64,000 nucleotides of DNA from a virus (Duplodnaviria > Caudoviricetes), in IMG/VR virus record IMGVR_UViG_3300028887_000079, positions 67,712-131,711 of that record; one strand, written 5' to 3'. The translations under genes and the position numbers were made by a program. Under the pieces are notes generated by a model, which was not told the DNA's origin, searched no databases, and saw only the letters and a list, made by a program, of their open reading frames with translations. Position 1 is the stretch's first letter; each line of letters begins with the position of its first letter. Positions 27,084-40,366 of this stretch are shown here, one piece after another.

Positions 27084-27757
27084 TATGCCCCCCTTTTGAT
27101 TACGGCGTATGCCCTGAAATCCTTGCCCTTGCGCCAAGCATCGGCGGCGGCCTTGATGCCGCAAAGAGCGCTTTCATATCTTTCCTTGCAGGTCCACGGG
27201 AGGACGCGGGCGAGGAACAAACCGCGAGGCGTGATCGGGCGCTTAGAACCTGCATTGCTCTTGCGGTCATACCAACCGGCGATGCAAGCGTCATAAAGCG
27301 TGGTGGCATCGGCTCCAGCCTTGACCACATATTCGCGAAGCGTATCTTTTTCATCGGGCTTGCCAATGAGTGTCAGCAAATCAACAGTGCCTTCGCCATC
27401 GGAGGAGGAGCCCTTAGTTACATTGTTCTTATGCTTGGATTCAACGCGGATGTCTGTGCCAGTAAGGCGGCGAAGCTGCGTTGCGACATAGGTGGGAAGT
27501 GCGGCATCGCCGTTCGGATCCCAGCGGAGGCAGGCGATGCAGAAAATCAAATTCGCGCGTGCTTCCAATTCATCGGCCGACATCGGCGTGCGGGAGCTGT
27601 GGTAATAAACGGCGTAGTCAATAACCTTCTTGCATTGGGCGTAGTAGGCCTCTTTATTTTGTTCCCAACGCTTCCAAACTTCAGGCGAAATTTCGGAGAG
27701 GTGCTCTTTATAATCATCCCGGTAAAGACCGGTGCTCGGGCGTAATTCAACAACCAT
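27083..27757 (-). CDS. sigma70 region-2-like protein
   Basis: ELEARANLIFCIACLRWDP..AALPTYV resembles the region 2 consensus DLxQxGxxGLxxAxxxFDP..FxTYA. Confidence 0.65.
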   Translation of the reverse strand: MVVELRPSTGLYRDDYKEHLSEISPEVWKRWEQNKEAYYAQCKKVIDYAVYYHSSRTPMSADELEARANLIFCIACLRWDPNGDAALPTYVATQLRRLTGTDIRVESKHKNNVTKGSSSDGEGTVDLLTLIGKPDEKDTLREYVVKAGADATTLYDACIAGWYDRKSNAGSKRPITPRGLFLARVLPWTCKERYESALCGIKAAADAWRKGKDFRAYAVIKRGA

Positions 27758-27803
27758 TATTTTTCTTTCCTTGTTACGCGGGCGTCATTACCCGCATGAT
27801 TTT

Positions 27804-27835
27804 AATATAGAAACATTTATTGAAAAAGACACTCC
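27804..27835 (-). promoter_or_regulatory. conserved promoter GTGTCT-N17-TATATT
   Basis: Copy of the 15324 element. Confidence 0.75.
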
Positions 27836-27923
27836 TTTTCTGTAACTTTTTCGCAAATTTTTGAAGAAAACGGCGCCGGACCTCGCCCGGTGGTCCGGAC
27901 TAAAAAGGCGGGAGCATACCCGC

Positions 27924-30900
27924 CTATGAAATTACCCCGATTGCCTTGAGAAATGGCAGCAGCGCCAGCCCCACAAAGGCAAGCGTGGCGAACCCAATGA
28001 TGGTCCAACCAATTATGCGATCATTGCGCCGATAATCATCCTCGCACTTCTTGGATGCGTATTCGTAGGCGCCTTCGGTTGTGCCGTGCTTCTGCGCATA
28101 TTCACAATAATACCACTCGAACATTTCATTCATATCGCTGCCTGCTATTTGGTAGTGGCGCCATCGGGAAGTGTAGTGTATACCTCTTCGAACTTGCGGG
28201 CAAGACCCCAAGCATCGTTCTCGCGCCAAAAGTCAAAGCACAAACCAAGATTCGAAGGGATCGATTCTCCGCGTTCATCAAACAGCGATTCCCAAAACTT
28301 CGTGATGCGCCACGGGAACGGATCACACTGATTCGACCAAGAGTAATCGGTGAACTTCTTGAGAGGTGCGTAATTCCGCATAAACGTGTCCATCTCGCAT
28401 CCGGGGAAGAACCACAGAACGATGATGCCCATGTGCTGAACGACAACGCAGTTGCCTGAGCAATCCCACGGCATACCACGTTCAAACCCGGCGGCCTGCT
28501 TGAGAAGGAACTGGCGGTAATACATTTCATCACCAATGTCGAGGTTGTCGAAATCATGTGCACCGCGTTTCTTCTTGAGGAATTCTTCCGTGTAGCGGAT
28601 AGCCCACTTCGCTGCATCCGGAGTGATGCGCGACTGCAAATACGCAAGATAGTCCGTGCGCATCTTATTCAGGAACTTCATCAGTTTTTCGGTCGTTGCC
28701 ATTCGCGTAGGGACGCGGTGGCAGTTATAGCACCTTGTGCTCATTTTCACTCCTCAGCGCTTCCAGCTTCGCGCTATACTTTAAGTGGTTTGCAAATTCA
28801 AAAAGGCACTCGGCAATCTTCGATTCAAGATTGACTTTGCCCAAATACTTCATGAACCGGCTAGTCCCTTCCCGGGCAGCACGCAAATCGGTTGTGTAGT
28901 AGGATGCACGAAAATCAGTGTGCCAATCAACTTCGCCAACCTTGCGCCATATTCCAATTCCGTGGGAGATCGGGCCGGCGCATGAAATCTTGATAAATAT
29001 GCGCTCGATTGACGGGGAGGATATATTCTCATACATTTCGTTCTTCATTTCTTTTTCTCCCAATTGACGTGGGTTTCATAAAACTCCGACCAAGTGTCTA
29101 AATAAACATCCTTGCGCAAGTATTCATGAATCGGTCCATAAAAAAGCAATGTCACAAGCGAGTCCTTCAAGCGGACATAACTGGAGCAGGCGCCAGCGCT
29201 GCGTTGCCACATGCCGGCGTGAGTAGTGTGCCAAGTGGTCGGATCAATTTCAAATCCGAGTTCATCCTTGAGTCGCTTTGCCAGTCGCTCGCGCTGAGTC
29301 ATAGATCACCAAACCCAAATCCCGCCAACCAATGCGGTGAACAACAAATCAAAGAGGGTGGCGCATAGCACGGCGAAGCCCCTATCGGAGCAGGCGAAGA
29401 AGCCGGAAGATCCATCGCGCGTCCACGCCCAAATTTGAGTTACGACCCACACCACGATGATAACAATAACGGGTAAACTAAGCGTAATTTCCATTTCATA
29501 CCTCGGACTACTTATACGGGCTTAGTCCCGCGGAACTTGCGGAAACTTTGTGCCCGGGCCTTGATTTTCATTCTTGAGCTTTTCGGTTATTTCCTTGCAT
29601 ATCGCGATGGTAGAGGACATATCGATTGGATGCCCGCTATACCGCCTCGGCGGATCTATGAAAGGCAGGCCGCTGCGCATCATCGGATATCCTGCTACAA
29701 ACGAGAATGCGAAAATGCAGACGACCGCCAAACCCGGATGAGCATCCATCCATACGGAAATCTGCGCTTGATACGCCGCCATCGCCAAGGTGAGGAAAAA
29801 CAGCAAGAACAGAAACCACGCGAATGCGGTCCACTTAGCCAACGCGGCCGGAACCTGCTTCAACAGAATTTTCATTTGGCGCCTCCTTTTTTGAATCGCC
29901 CATAATTGAAATCGGTGTAGGCAAAGAAAAAGCCTAGAATGTGAAAGTTGAGATCGAGGCAGTTGTCTTTCCCTTTGACGGCGCCATTTGAGTGACACCA
30001 AAAATGGAATGTGTGGCGGGGAACCCAATGGCAGCTTACAACCAGCCCCGGTTTTATCCACCACTCAATCAGCATAAGGCTCCACCCGATCGGATGGAGG
30101 ATCGTGAGCCTTCCCTTAAACAAATCCTTCATAAGCCTACCATTTGAATTTTTTAGCCTTTTCGCGGCACTTGGCTGCCACAGTGTCCCACACGCTGACC
30201 CACTGGGCTGCCGTGAGCATTCGACTGCATTTCAAGCCCGAGAACACAATCTTCCACTTGTTGCCGAAGATCCAAAACCGCTGCTCGTCATCATCATTGA
30301 TGTCCTCGAAAGTGCGGAACATCGATGCATAGCTGTCGGCGGCGAATGCGCGTTGCATCCATATGTGCTTTCTTGCGGCATAGAGTTCGCCATCGCGGGA
30401 ATCCGGCGGCGGGGGAATGATGCCATCAATGTCGCCATCGGCGGTCAGGCGCACGGATCCATTGATAAGGTCCACGCGCTTCACATCGCGGGTCTTGCCT
30501 TCGCGCGTAAACGTGCTTACAAACGCGTCCGGCGGATACAGCAGCATCTGCGCGATTACTTCTTTGTTGCGCATTCTAATTTCTCCATTTCATCCGCAAT
30601 TTGCGGTTTCTCCAGCGCGATAGCGCATGCAGGTTTTTCAGTCTCTTCGACAAGTTCATACGTCAACTTATGGCGGGCGATTACGCGCTTGCACGCCATC
30701 GTATACTTGAAAGAATTGGTCCAATCCTTCTTGACGTTCTTCAGGCGGTCGTTTTCCTGAATCATATCCGCAATCGATGCCACATCACCGGCCGCAATCA
30801 ATTCACGGGCTTTCACTTCGGCATCCATACGCCGAATGATGCGCTTTTCGATCGATTTCATCAATTGGGCAAGAGCGCTTCTAGCCATGTGCACCTCCTT

Positions 30901-33264
30901 TGTTTATCTTCGGCGCATTTCCGAACTTGCGGACCATATCGCAATAAATTTTCTGTGCGCGAAGCACACTCGATTCTTCCGGGGAGAAAGCGTGGACGGG
31001 AAATGCAAAGATTCCCGAACAATACGAGAGCACCGCAACGTGCCCGTCAATGTGGGCTTCGCCGGAACGCAGCACTATGTGGTGGACAATGCGAACAGAC
31101 CACTCCTTACCGGCGGCGCCGTTTATGGCCGCCAGCGCCTTCGCAAGATACCATTCCTTGGATCTTCCCTTGTATCTCGTGCCTCGCATGTTGCCTCCAC
31201 TATTTTCTTTTGGCGGGCGCCTTCACAAAGGCAACCCGGAGTTGTCCGTTAGCCCCTGCTACCAGCATCGGGGCGCTGTATGTTGTTTCCTTCTTCATCT
31301 TGTTTCCTTTCATATTTAATACGGGTTAACTTGTCCGGAGTCCGGGCATCGAAATACTCGAACTCGCATTTGATTGCTTGCACCAGCACATCCTCGCGCA
31401 TGCGCAGCAGGATGGAATCGCGGCCGAGAGTGTTGAGAGCATCGGCATCGCTCAGCCCGACCCACGGATCCGTCTTCTTCAGCTGCTCACGCACAAAGGC
31501 AACCAAGTCTGTTGTCAATCGCTTCGCTGCTGCATTGCAAATGGAACGCACACACTCGCCGATTGCATCCTCAAGATATTCCGTGACTTCATCATCGGAA
31601 GGACCATTAGACCAGCGCGTGTGAATGCGGGAAAGATAATCCTTGCGAACGTAGACCGGATCCAGCGAATGTGAAACGGTTAGAATGTTAGGCTTGGGGT
31701 CCATCCGGCGCCTCCTTTTTACGCTGTTCTTTTTTGTGTTCGAATGCCTTGATCAAAACGTTGGCGAAGGTTGCACGCGCGAAAGTCGCCTGCTCCTGCC
31801 CGTAAAACTTTTCAGTCCCTTTCAGGCATTCAATGACGCGTTCGGAAAGATTCACCCCGTCCTTCACCACGGCGCCATCGCCATAGAAGAATTTCGAGAG
31901 GTGCGCCAAGAACATCGGATTGCATTCGAGAAACATCTTTTGGAAAGATTCCGAACGCAGCCAATCGCCTTCGTGTGCCTTCATATACGCGGCGAAGGCG
32001 TCCGGGATGCCACGTGCCTTCGCTTCTTCCGGGGTCAAATTCGGAATGCGGTATTCCGCATTATTCTCATAGAAGAAGCGCCACATAGAGCGGCTCACCA
32101 AACGGCGAGTCATTAGAATTGCAAGATCGTTAGCCATTTGAAGTCTCCTTGCGCTCAAAGTCGTTTCCGGCGGGGACCTGCTTGGCAACCCATTCGCGGA
32201 ACGCCTTGACGCTTTCAAATCCATAATCGTAAGAGTGGGTGCGCCACAGTGACACACAGCCGGTGTTGCGATTATAGGTCACGCGGTCCACTTCCCAATT
32301 CCCAAGGGTCTTCGCATACAAATGCAGGTCGGTGGATGCTTCGCCGTAAAATTTAATGCCGGGGTAATGCTTGGTCAAAATGGAGCGGAAAGTCCGCTCC
32401 GCCATTCGGCCAAAGTTCTTCCTCGGCGCCATATGATTCAAGAGCCGCTTGAAGTTCATAGCCGCCTCCTATTTCGTGCAGTGAAGCGCCTTCATAGACA
32501 CTTCAGGGACACCGCAGAAGAATGCGCCCGGATCATTCTCATCGGCGAGATACCAGGTCTTGAAGATGTTGAAGTGCAAGGCTTCATCTTCATCCAAGTC
32601 ATCGCGGCGAAGCATCAGCGAGAAGCAGATCACCGCCTGCCCTGCCTTGTGAGCGAGGTTATACAACCTCTGTGCGCGTTCATACGTTTCCTTGTAATCA
32701 TAGCCGCAAACGGCAACGTGCGTGCGCTCGCAGTATCCGGCGTCTTTCGTGGCGCCGATGTCAAACTGAATGTCCCAAAAAAGGTTTCCGTGTTCCTGCA
32801 TAATTAAGCCTCCATATCGGAAATGATGAGGATGGAATCAATCGATTCTTCATCGTAGTGTTTGAAGATATAGGCGAACAAGGACTTGCGGTCCGGCGCC
32901 TCGTGTTCAATAGTGTGAGTCAGCTTGGTTTTGGTTTTGCCAAAAGAGCGGATGATGACGACATTATAACGGCGCATGATTAGGCCTCCTTCTTGGCTTC
33001 GCGATAAAGGATGGTGTAGACCAAAACGACAGTGTCCTGCCTGCCGTTGTTGTGGCGGTCAAGCGTGTAATTCATCGGCTTGATGTCAATCACATCGGCC
33101 TGCTCCTTTTCGATCCACGCATTGATTTTCTTATCAATGGACTTCTCATCGTCAATTTTATACTTGCCGCTCTGAGCCGTCCAAAATTCAATTGAGGAGT
33201 CGCGATGGAGGTTGTTTCCGGCCGCGTGCGAAACGAGAAACTGGAAGGTCTTGGTCTTAATCAT
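27924..33264 (-). other. operon of ~17 small tightly packed hypothetical genes (27924-28133, 28145-28702, 28725-29063, 29045-29302, 29306-29494, 29522-29875, 29872-30132, 30137-30574, 30556-30888, 30881-31189, 31249-31704, 31688-32137, 32130-32459, 32469-32801, 32804-32977, 32980-33264)
   Basis: Same strand, overlapping starts/stops, GGAGG RBSs; several are predicted membrane proteins. Confidence 0.7.
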
Positions 33265-33307
33265 ATTCTTTCCTTGGCTTGGGCACTACCCGTGCCCTTA
33301 TGTCCTA

Positions 33308-33339
33308 AATATAGATTCCTGTTTTGAAAAAGACACCCC
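33308..33339 (-). promoter_or_regulatory. conserved promoter GTGTCT-N17-TATATT
   Basis: Copy of the 15324 element. Confidence 0.75.
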
Positions 33340-33404
33340 GTTTTCTCAAAAAAAATAAAAAAAAGGCGGCAAGCCGCCGCCCTAATCTTCCGAAAAACTT
33401 CCCA

Positions 33405-33638
33405 TTACGTGAATGCGCTAGTAGAAACGCCCAGTTTCTCGGTCAGGCATTGCTTGATGGCATCTTCAAGCACAAGGCGATCGCCAAGTCCAAATTCGGG
33501 GCAATAATTCTTGAGTATCGCCTCGGCGCCATCTTCAACATCAAGCGGACCATCAAACGGATCCATCATCGACTCGGCTACATCGGAGTCATCTTCTTCC
33601 GGTTCAAATTCATGTCCGCAGTTTGGGCACTCAACCAT
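33405..33638 (-). CDS. zinc-ribbon hypothetical protein
   Basis: ECPNCGHEF. Confidence 0.65.
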   Translation of the reverse strand: MVECPNCGHEFEPEEDDSDVAESMMDPFDGPLDVEDGAEAILKNYCPEFGLGDRLVLEDAIKQCLTEKLGVSTSAFT

Positions 33639-33904
33639 TTTTACCTCCCTTTTTCTTGACCGGCGGTATCGGTCCGTGTTTGCGACAAAATGCCAAAACC
33701 CGCTCTCTGTCGGGCTTCGGCAGGTTTGAAAGGATCGACTTCAGCTGTGCTGCGCCTTCTAATCGCATATACGGCGCCTTCCAGCCTTGTTTTCCTTTTC
33801 GCCTTCGTTTGTATCGCCTTCGGCAACTTTGTCGATTATATCAGCGCATTTGCGCAAATACTTCGATGCTTCGCCAAGGGCGGCAACTACTTTCTTGTCA
33901 GGTT

Positions 33905-34201
33905 TCATTTCATTCTCCTTGAAAGGGGTTTTGCGTTGTATTCCGCCCGGATGGCGTGGCTAGCGTCCGTGCCTGCCAAGGCAGCGCGAACGCCAAGACC
34001 CTGCAATACAGAAAGATAGTCTTCTGCCGTTGTCGGGCGTGCCCTTCGGACTTGCGGGATGGTTACCGCAAACTTCCAAGCACTGATCTCATCCGGGGTC
34101 ATTCCTTTGAAATCATAAGAAATATACCCCGTGTGCGGAACAATGCCCGGAACAATTACATAGCCGTCATCTACATTTGCCTTAAATGATTCCAACAGCA
34201 T
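33905..34201 (-). CDS. hypothetical protein
   Basis: AAGGAG RBS. Confidence 0.65.
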   Translation of the reverse strand: MLLESFKANVDDGYVIVPGIVPHTGYISYDFKGMTPDEISAWKFAVTIPQVRRARPTTAEDYLSVLQGLGVRAALAGTDASHAIRAEYNAKPLSRRMK

Positions 34202-34210
34202 ACACGCTCC

Positions 34211-35230
34211 TTAGCGAGGAACGCGGTTGAAACTAATAAGGGTAACTCCGTTCGGATGGCGAGCTTCAACTGCCGCCTTCAAAGTGCGGACCAGCGCGAT
34301 CCCGCGCATAGAGGTCGCAAACACCGCGGAGACCGGCTGAGGATAACCGACCGGCCAGTAGGAAACGAGATACGCTTCTTCATCATCGCGAAGTTCGTCT
34401 TCCGGCTTCGATACCTCAACAGCAACTTCTACGTGGTCCACTTCAGGTTCCGGTCTTTCCTTCAACTGGCATTCATCCGCCGGCGCCAGCTGACAGCCCA
34501 AAATTCCTTCGCGGCGGAGGTATTCAAGTTTCTTGTGCGCGTGCGCAAAATCCCAATTACATTCCATAAGGACTTTGCGACATGTGCCAACGCCGATACC
34601 GGTCTTATTGGACAAGGTGCGGACCATTTCATGACGGGCACGGAATTCTTCACGGCTTGCCTGCTTAGGCGCAAGCGCTGCGGCATCCACTTCCATCTTC
34701 GGGCGTTCAACGCGGGCATCGCGTTCGCTTTGAATAGGAATGTTGGCACAAGCCTTCTTCGGCTTGTCCGGATCGACCGCCGGTTCGCTGCCACAATCGC
34801 GAGTCCAAGTCACAGTGTTCTTTGCGGTCTCGCTTGCCTTCAAACGCTCGAGGGTCAAACCCAGCTGTGCGGTGTCGAACGCGACCTGCAAATCGTTTGC
34901 CCAAGTTCCGACCATCCATTCGAGGGTCGGGTTGGCATCAACGATGTGGAGGCGGGTGGTTTCATAGTCCGACATCAAAGCAGGAGCAAGCGGATCCGCT
35001 GCATTGAAGCAGGCGCCGTGATCCCACGCTTCATCAAGGACGCCCTTGACAATCTCCTTCAACTTCTTGAAGTCAACAATCATTCCGTCCTTGTTAAGAC
35101 TGCGGTGTTTGGAAGTCACCGTAATTTCGACCTCGTAGCGATGGCCGTGCAAATGACGGCACTTCTGCGCATAGGAGGTGACGAGCCGATGCGCAATCTC
35201 AAGTTCCGTGTAGGTTGTTAATTCAAGCAT
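34211..35230 (-). CDS. queD: 6-carboxytetrahydropterin synthase with long C-terminal extension
   Basis: AHRL..C..LHGHRY, GMIVDF, DH, NPTLE and ET motifs in aa 1-142. Confidence 0.92.
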   Translation of the reverse strand: MLELTTYTELEIAHRLVTSYAQKCRHLHGHRYEVEITVTSKHRSLNKDGMIVDFKKLKEIVKGVLDEAWDHGACFNAADPLAPALMSDYETTRLHIVDANPTLEWMVGTWANDLQVAFDTAQLGLTLERLKASETAKNTVTWTRDCGSEPAVDPDKPKKACANIPIQSERDARVERPKMEVDAAALAPKQASREEFRARHEMVRTLSNKTGIGVGTCRKVLMECNWDFAHAHKKLEYLRREGILGCQLAPADECQLKERPEPEVDHVEVAVEVSKPEDELRDDEEAYLVSYWPVGYPQPVSAVFATSMRGIALVRTLKAAVEARHPNGVTLISFNRVPR

Positions 35231-35418
35231 ATACCTGTCCTGTTAAAATAATAAACGTTTGGCGCCGACAACAAGCAAGCCGATGAAAGCGCAAAAGGCA
35301 CAAAGCCCGATTATTGAAAAAACGATCGCGACAAACCAAAGCCACAACTCGCGAAGCAGCACAAGCCAGCCTTGCGACCGAAGTTCCTTTAACCACGCTA
35401 TGAGGTCCTTTAGATATT

Positions 35419-35829
35419 TCATCCTTCCGAGCTGCAGTCCGGGGCATTCATGTGGATGTCCAACGGGATTGTATTGCCCTTGGAGCGTGCTTCCAGCTCC
35501 TCGGTCGTTTCAGTTACCCCGGACATTTCGGCGATGTCGATTTCACGCAGCTTGCAGGCGCGATCAAGCACATTCACGAAGTATTTGCGCAGATCCGTCA
35601 ATTCCTTCGTGGTGTTGGCGCGTGATACCGCAAACGGAATAACGGACGTTGCAATGTCCGAAATTCTTGCGTTGACAATCACCGGGGTCATGAGGCCATC
35701 TCCTTTACGGGCAAACAAAAAGCCGCCGTTGTGCAGGGCGCTCATCAATGCCTTTTGGAGAGTCTTCTTAGATGTTTCAAGCGTATTCGCTTGTTTGATT
35801 TTGTGCTTACGTTCTTTTTTCTGTGTCAT
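35419..35829 (-). CDS. hypothetical protein
   Basis: Leaderless-type promoter. Confidence 0.65.
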   Translation of the reverse strand: MTQKKERKHKIKQANTLETSKKTLQKALMSALHNGGFLFARKGDGLMTPVIVNARISDIATSVIPFAVSRANTTKELTDLRKYFVNVLDRACKLREIDIAEMSGVTETTEELEARSKGNTIPLDIHMNAPDCSSEG

Positions 35830-36001
35830 AAACCAATTATACGAAAAGCGCCCCGCCCCGGTGAAACAAAAAAATAGTCCAACCGGACCTACCGGTTATT
35901 GATTAGAAAACGGGGCGAGGCGCAATTCAGATGTCCCCGCACGAATGGTCCCTTCCGGTTACCCTGCCTCGGGATTGCTCCACCACGTGCGGGGCAGTTT
36001 C

Positions 36002-39000
36002 TCAGTCGTCCAACCTCTTTGAGAGCCGGGCAACCCAAACAGTGTTATGTATCGCCGAACCTATACACAGCGGCATCAATATCATGAATGACAATGTCTG
36101 CCACACTGTCGGCTCCGCAATCTTGTCCGAATAGCATACCGCGAAAAAGCCGGTGAGGAACCAATACCAAGCAGCCTTCGCCACCCGATAAAAGTAGTCC
36201 CTCCGGATTTGTTCTTTGGAAGGGGCGCCCATTAGTCCGCTTCCCTTTCATCGCATCTCGGCGGATCCTCGGGGCATTCAATGCCAGCCGTGCGGCAAAT
36301 CTCGCCCCAACTGAATCCGGTTTCATCGCGGACAATCGAGCTGAATGTTTCGCGGTCGGTTGCGATGTCAAGGCAATGATTCACGCGTTCCTTGCCATCG
36401 AGAAAGTCCAAGGCGTCCTGACCCATCTTGTCGAACTTTTCACGGATCTGTTCAGTGGCCGCTTCCATCGCCAGCTTGCGCCGCTTCTCAATGTATTCGG
36501 TCACATAGGTTTTCGGGTCGTCCTTCGCGATGTCAAACCTCGAATCAATCATCGGCAACTCCTCATACTTGAGAGTCACCGAATCCATTGTCCGGATTCC
36601 GTAGGACACTTGCTCAACGCCACGCCCATAAAGGTGGAGTTCCCACTTTTCGAACTTGACGCGGTCCACCGTAATGATGAAAAAATCCTTGCAGCTGTCG
36701 ATGCCCATAATCGTCTTGCCGACATAGCCTTCGACCTTTTCAACAATGTCCGGATTGACCAGCGCGAGAATTTCACGCATTGCTTCCGAAACCGCGTGCG
36801 CCTGCTTATCCCAAATCTCATGGGACTGCCTGCGTAGCTCAACAAACCCTTCAAGGTTCTTGCGGATCTTTTCAACCCTTTCTTTCTTGTCCATATCTAA
36901 ACCTCCGGCCAATACTCGGACAAAAATTCAACAAAACTTTCCTTCTCGGTCCAACGCGCGTTGTCGGCCAATGTGTATTCCTTGCCATCGATGGCAACAA
37001 ACACATCACGCGGATCGAAATACCCTTCAACAAAATGGCCCTCGTTCGCATCGCTTACATGCTCAATGAGGATATAAACGAGAATGGGCTTGCAGTAGGT
37101 GGGCTTGCGCTGCCCAAACAAATACCATCTCATTTGCCCGCCTTCTTTGCTGCGTATTCATCGATAGCACGCAACGCGGCGCCTTCGCCGTTATCGCGAT
37201 CATAAAGATACGGATCAATAGTTTCGGAGAAGCGGGCGAATTTCGTCTTGATGACGCGGCCGTGCAGATAGTCCACGTAGTCCACCTGTTCAAGCAATTC
37301 CTTCGCCTCATTTACCGACATATCGCCGGGGACAAAGTGAAGGCGCCCAAGGCCGAGCGGCTTCGAATGGTTGTAAAGGGCGCAAAGCACTTCTTCGCGT
37401 TCCAGCCCTTTTTCCTTGTAGTTGATTGTGCCCATAATGATTTCCTTATGTCTTTTTCAACATATACGGAAATCACTTGCAGACGCATTCGGATATGTGG
37501 TAAACGCAAATACCGATGAGGGTGCCGGACCAAAGAAGAGTGGACAACCAATATGCGATCTTGAGCCACCGCGGGATATCCTCCCGGACAATCTTTACTT
37601 CAGGGCGCTTCGGTTTGCTTGACGGACCAAATATCTTGCAATTCTTGCCCTCGTTGCAATCATTGCGGCGGGGACAGATGCCGCACGATCCGCGAAAGCC
37701 AAATCCGTGCGGCCAACCCTTCTTGTAAAAAGGGTTGAACTTCTCAAATCCGCACATTATCATGAGTCACCTCAGTCAGGATGGAGACCAGCCGGTTGCG
37801 ATATTCGCGGAGATATGCCTTCGCTTCAGCCTTGGTGTCAAACAATGCGAACATGCGAGGATGGATTCCAAGCCGCTGCGCGATCGCATCATCACAATAC
37901 ACCGTGCCCCACATCTTGCCGAGCATACGGCAGGCGGGATCGCTATCATAGTCCCATCGCTGGACCTGCCAAGTGTCCTTGTTATAGCGATGGACGCGGG
38001 TGCTCATCCACGTAGTCACCACCGCCACAAATTTCCTTGCGAATTTCTTCATAGTTGTCCTTTGTTAAACACCGCGTCCATCGCGCCACGCCTCAAGCGC
38101 AGCGTCCGCGTCCCAATTCGGATCTTCAAGCCCTCGCGCGTGCATCGTCCACCACTCGGACTCAGCCATCGCATCGTCAAATTCCTTGAAGCATTCCGGA
38201 CATAAATAATCGGGGGTCAGCGACTCCCCGTTATACCAAAATCCAACAAGCATTTCGTGCTTGCCGCAATGCGGGCATTTGCCGTAAGAGGTTACCTGCA
38301 TTATAACTCCGTATGCAAGATCAGCGGGTGCAAAACACCCATATAAGGCAATGCGCGAACGGTATTGAAATCAAAAAACTCCTCCGCGTCTTTCCTTGTC
38401 ATCTTGTCATTGCCCATCAAGGACTGGATGCATTTTTCATAATCGTAGACAACACGGAAACCGTCCGGCACATCGACATAGCCGACAATCGCGCTGTCAA
38501 AGTTTGATTGTCCATTATCGAGGACCGGAACGCGGACGCCCATGTTGTCCGCCAGTTCATCAATTTCTTCACGAGTCATTTTGCTGCTCCTTCATTTCCT
38601 TGCGGAGTTTATCCCACATTGCTCGCCATCTGTCCGCCTCGCAGTGCAGGCGGGCACACTGCCCAACACTCCGTGCCGCACCTGCCAGCGATTCCAAGCG
38701 GTAAATGATTCCGTGAATCGCCAAACTGCGAAGGGACAAATTCTTCTTGCGAAGGTCCGCGTTTTCCTTGCGGAGCGCCTTGTTCGCATCTTCAAGCATC
38801 TTGATCCGGTGCTCCGCTATCGCATACGGATGGGAGTGGGTGTCCACCGGATATTCCTTCTTGGCGGGTGGCGCCGGAACCGGACTCTTTTCCGGAAGAC
38901 GCATTGCCGCCATCTTAGAAACTTCTTCAGGAGTGCGCCGCGTCATAGTCAGCCCTTCCGGTATTCCGCTGCACGGCGCTCATTGTTCTTCTTGAAGAAT

Positions 39001-40269
39001 CCGTCCTCCGCCATAAACTTCCCTAAGCGGAAGAACAGCGTCTCTTCGCTTTCACAGAAGCCGTCATACGCCACTCGCGCCGGATAGGCGCCAAGGACCT
39101 TCCCCGAATCATCCAAGTCGATCACAATGGTCCACCCAAAAATTTGGAGGAATGTGTTGACGAATCGAAAAAGTCCGGTCATGCGAAATTCATTCCAGTC
39201 CTTCTTGATGAACGGGACTTCTTCTCCTTGTTCTTTTATTTCCTGCTGTTCTGCCATTTGGCGCTCCTTTCAAAATTGGGTTCACAAGACTATACGGGGT
39301 CGGGCGCGATTTCAAAAATTCTTTGTTGCCCGTGCGCATCGACCACCACGCATTTGTAGGGTGCATCATCCGGTTCAGATGCCACCGCCGGCACATCGTT
39401 TCCGGATCCGTGCTTGGATTCCAGCCCGGGAGGAATTGGCTTCCCTGCCGCCATCAGGCGCTTTCTTAAATGGGACTTCTGTTGCGGGGTCATTTTCGTG
39501 AAGTCCTGCTTTATTGCTTCTTCCAATTTCATCTACTTGTCCTCCTTGTGGCCCTTGGATAATCTTTCCTTGATCTCAAGCGTCAAGATAATGTGCCACC
39601 CAAAAATCCAGGCGAGCGCCACCATAAAACGATAAAACATTTTGCAAAACAACTTTTCCATCTACTTATCCTCTGTGGGACATGCTGTGCGCTATAAGCG
39701 CCCGATCCCTTTCATCGTTGTCCGGATCCAGCAAGTAGCCGGTTTGCCGACTCGGGGAAAATAAACACTTCCGCCACATGTCCGGGTTTTGGATCCGCAT
39801 TTGGTCGTATTGCTCCTTCGTGAACGAAAACTCAACATGCGGATCCATCTACTTGTCCTCCGTGCGCCATAAGCGCTCGCGTGCCTCTTCGTCCTCCCGT
39901 TCCCATCTTTCCTCATCGGACAACATGAGCCACTCGCATTGCTTCATTATCCACTCCAGCACGCAAAGCGCCAAGTAGGCAGCCGACAAAACGAACCACG
40001 AGAAAAAGTCCAATACGCTACGCATTCGACTTGTCCTCTAATTTCTTGAGGACACCTTTGAGAATTTCCTTCGCGCAGTCCGGACAGATATCCGCGTTGG
40101 TCGTGCTGCGCCCATACCAAATGTCAATATCGAATTTGATAAAGACGTAGTCGTCCCGATCTCGCATATATCCGGGGCCGGGGAAGTTAAAGCGATAGTC
40201 GCATTTCTCAAATTCCTTCCCGCATTTGTCGCAGGTATGCGTTATGGTTACGTTTTTGATTTCTGCCAT
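36002..40269 (-). other. block of small hypothetical genes (36002-36232, 36232-36894, 36897-37133, 37130-37435, 37473-37763, 37744-38052, 38065-38301, 38301-38579, 38569-38946, 38949-39257, 39290-39532, 39666-39848, 40018-40269)
   Basis: Tight same-strand packing with RBSs; several CxxC proteins. Confidence 0.7.
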
Positions 40270-40366
40270 ATTGTCCTCGCGTGTATGCTTTATTATACGG
40301 ACTTGTCCAACATGGCAACGGGAACGTATATTTCGGAGACGATTTTCCCTTATAGGATTTTACTTG

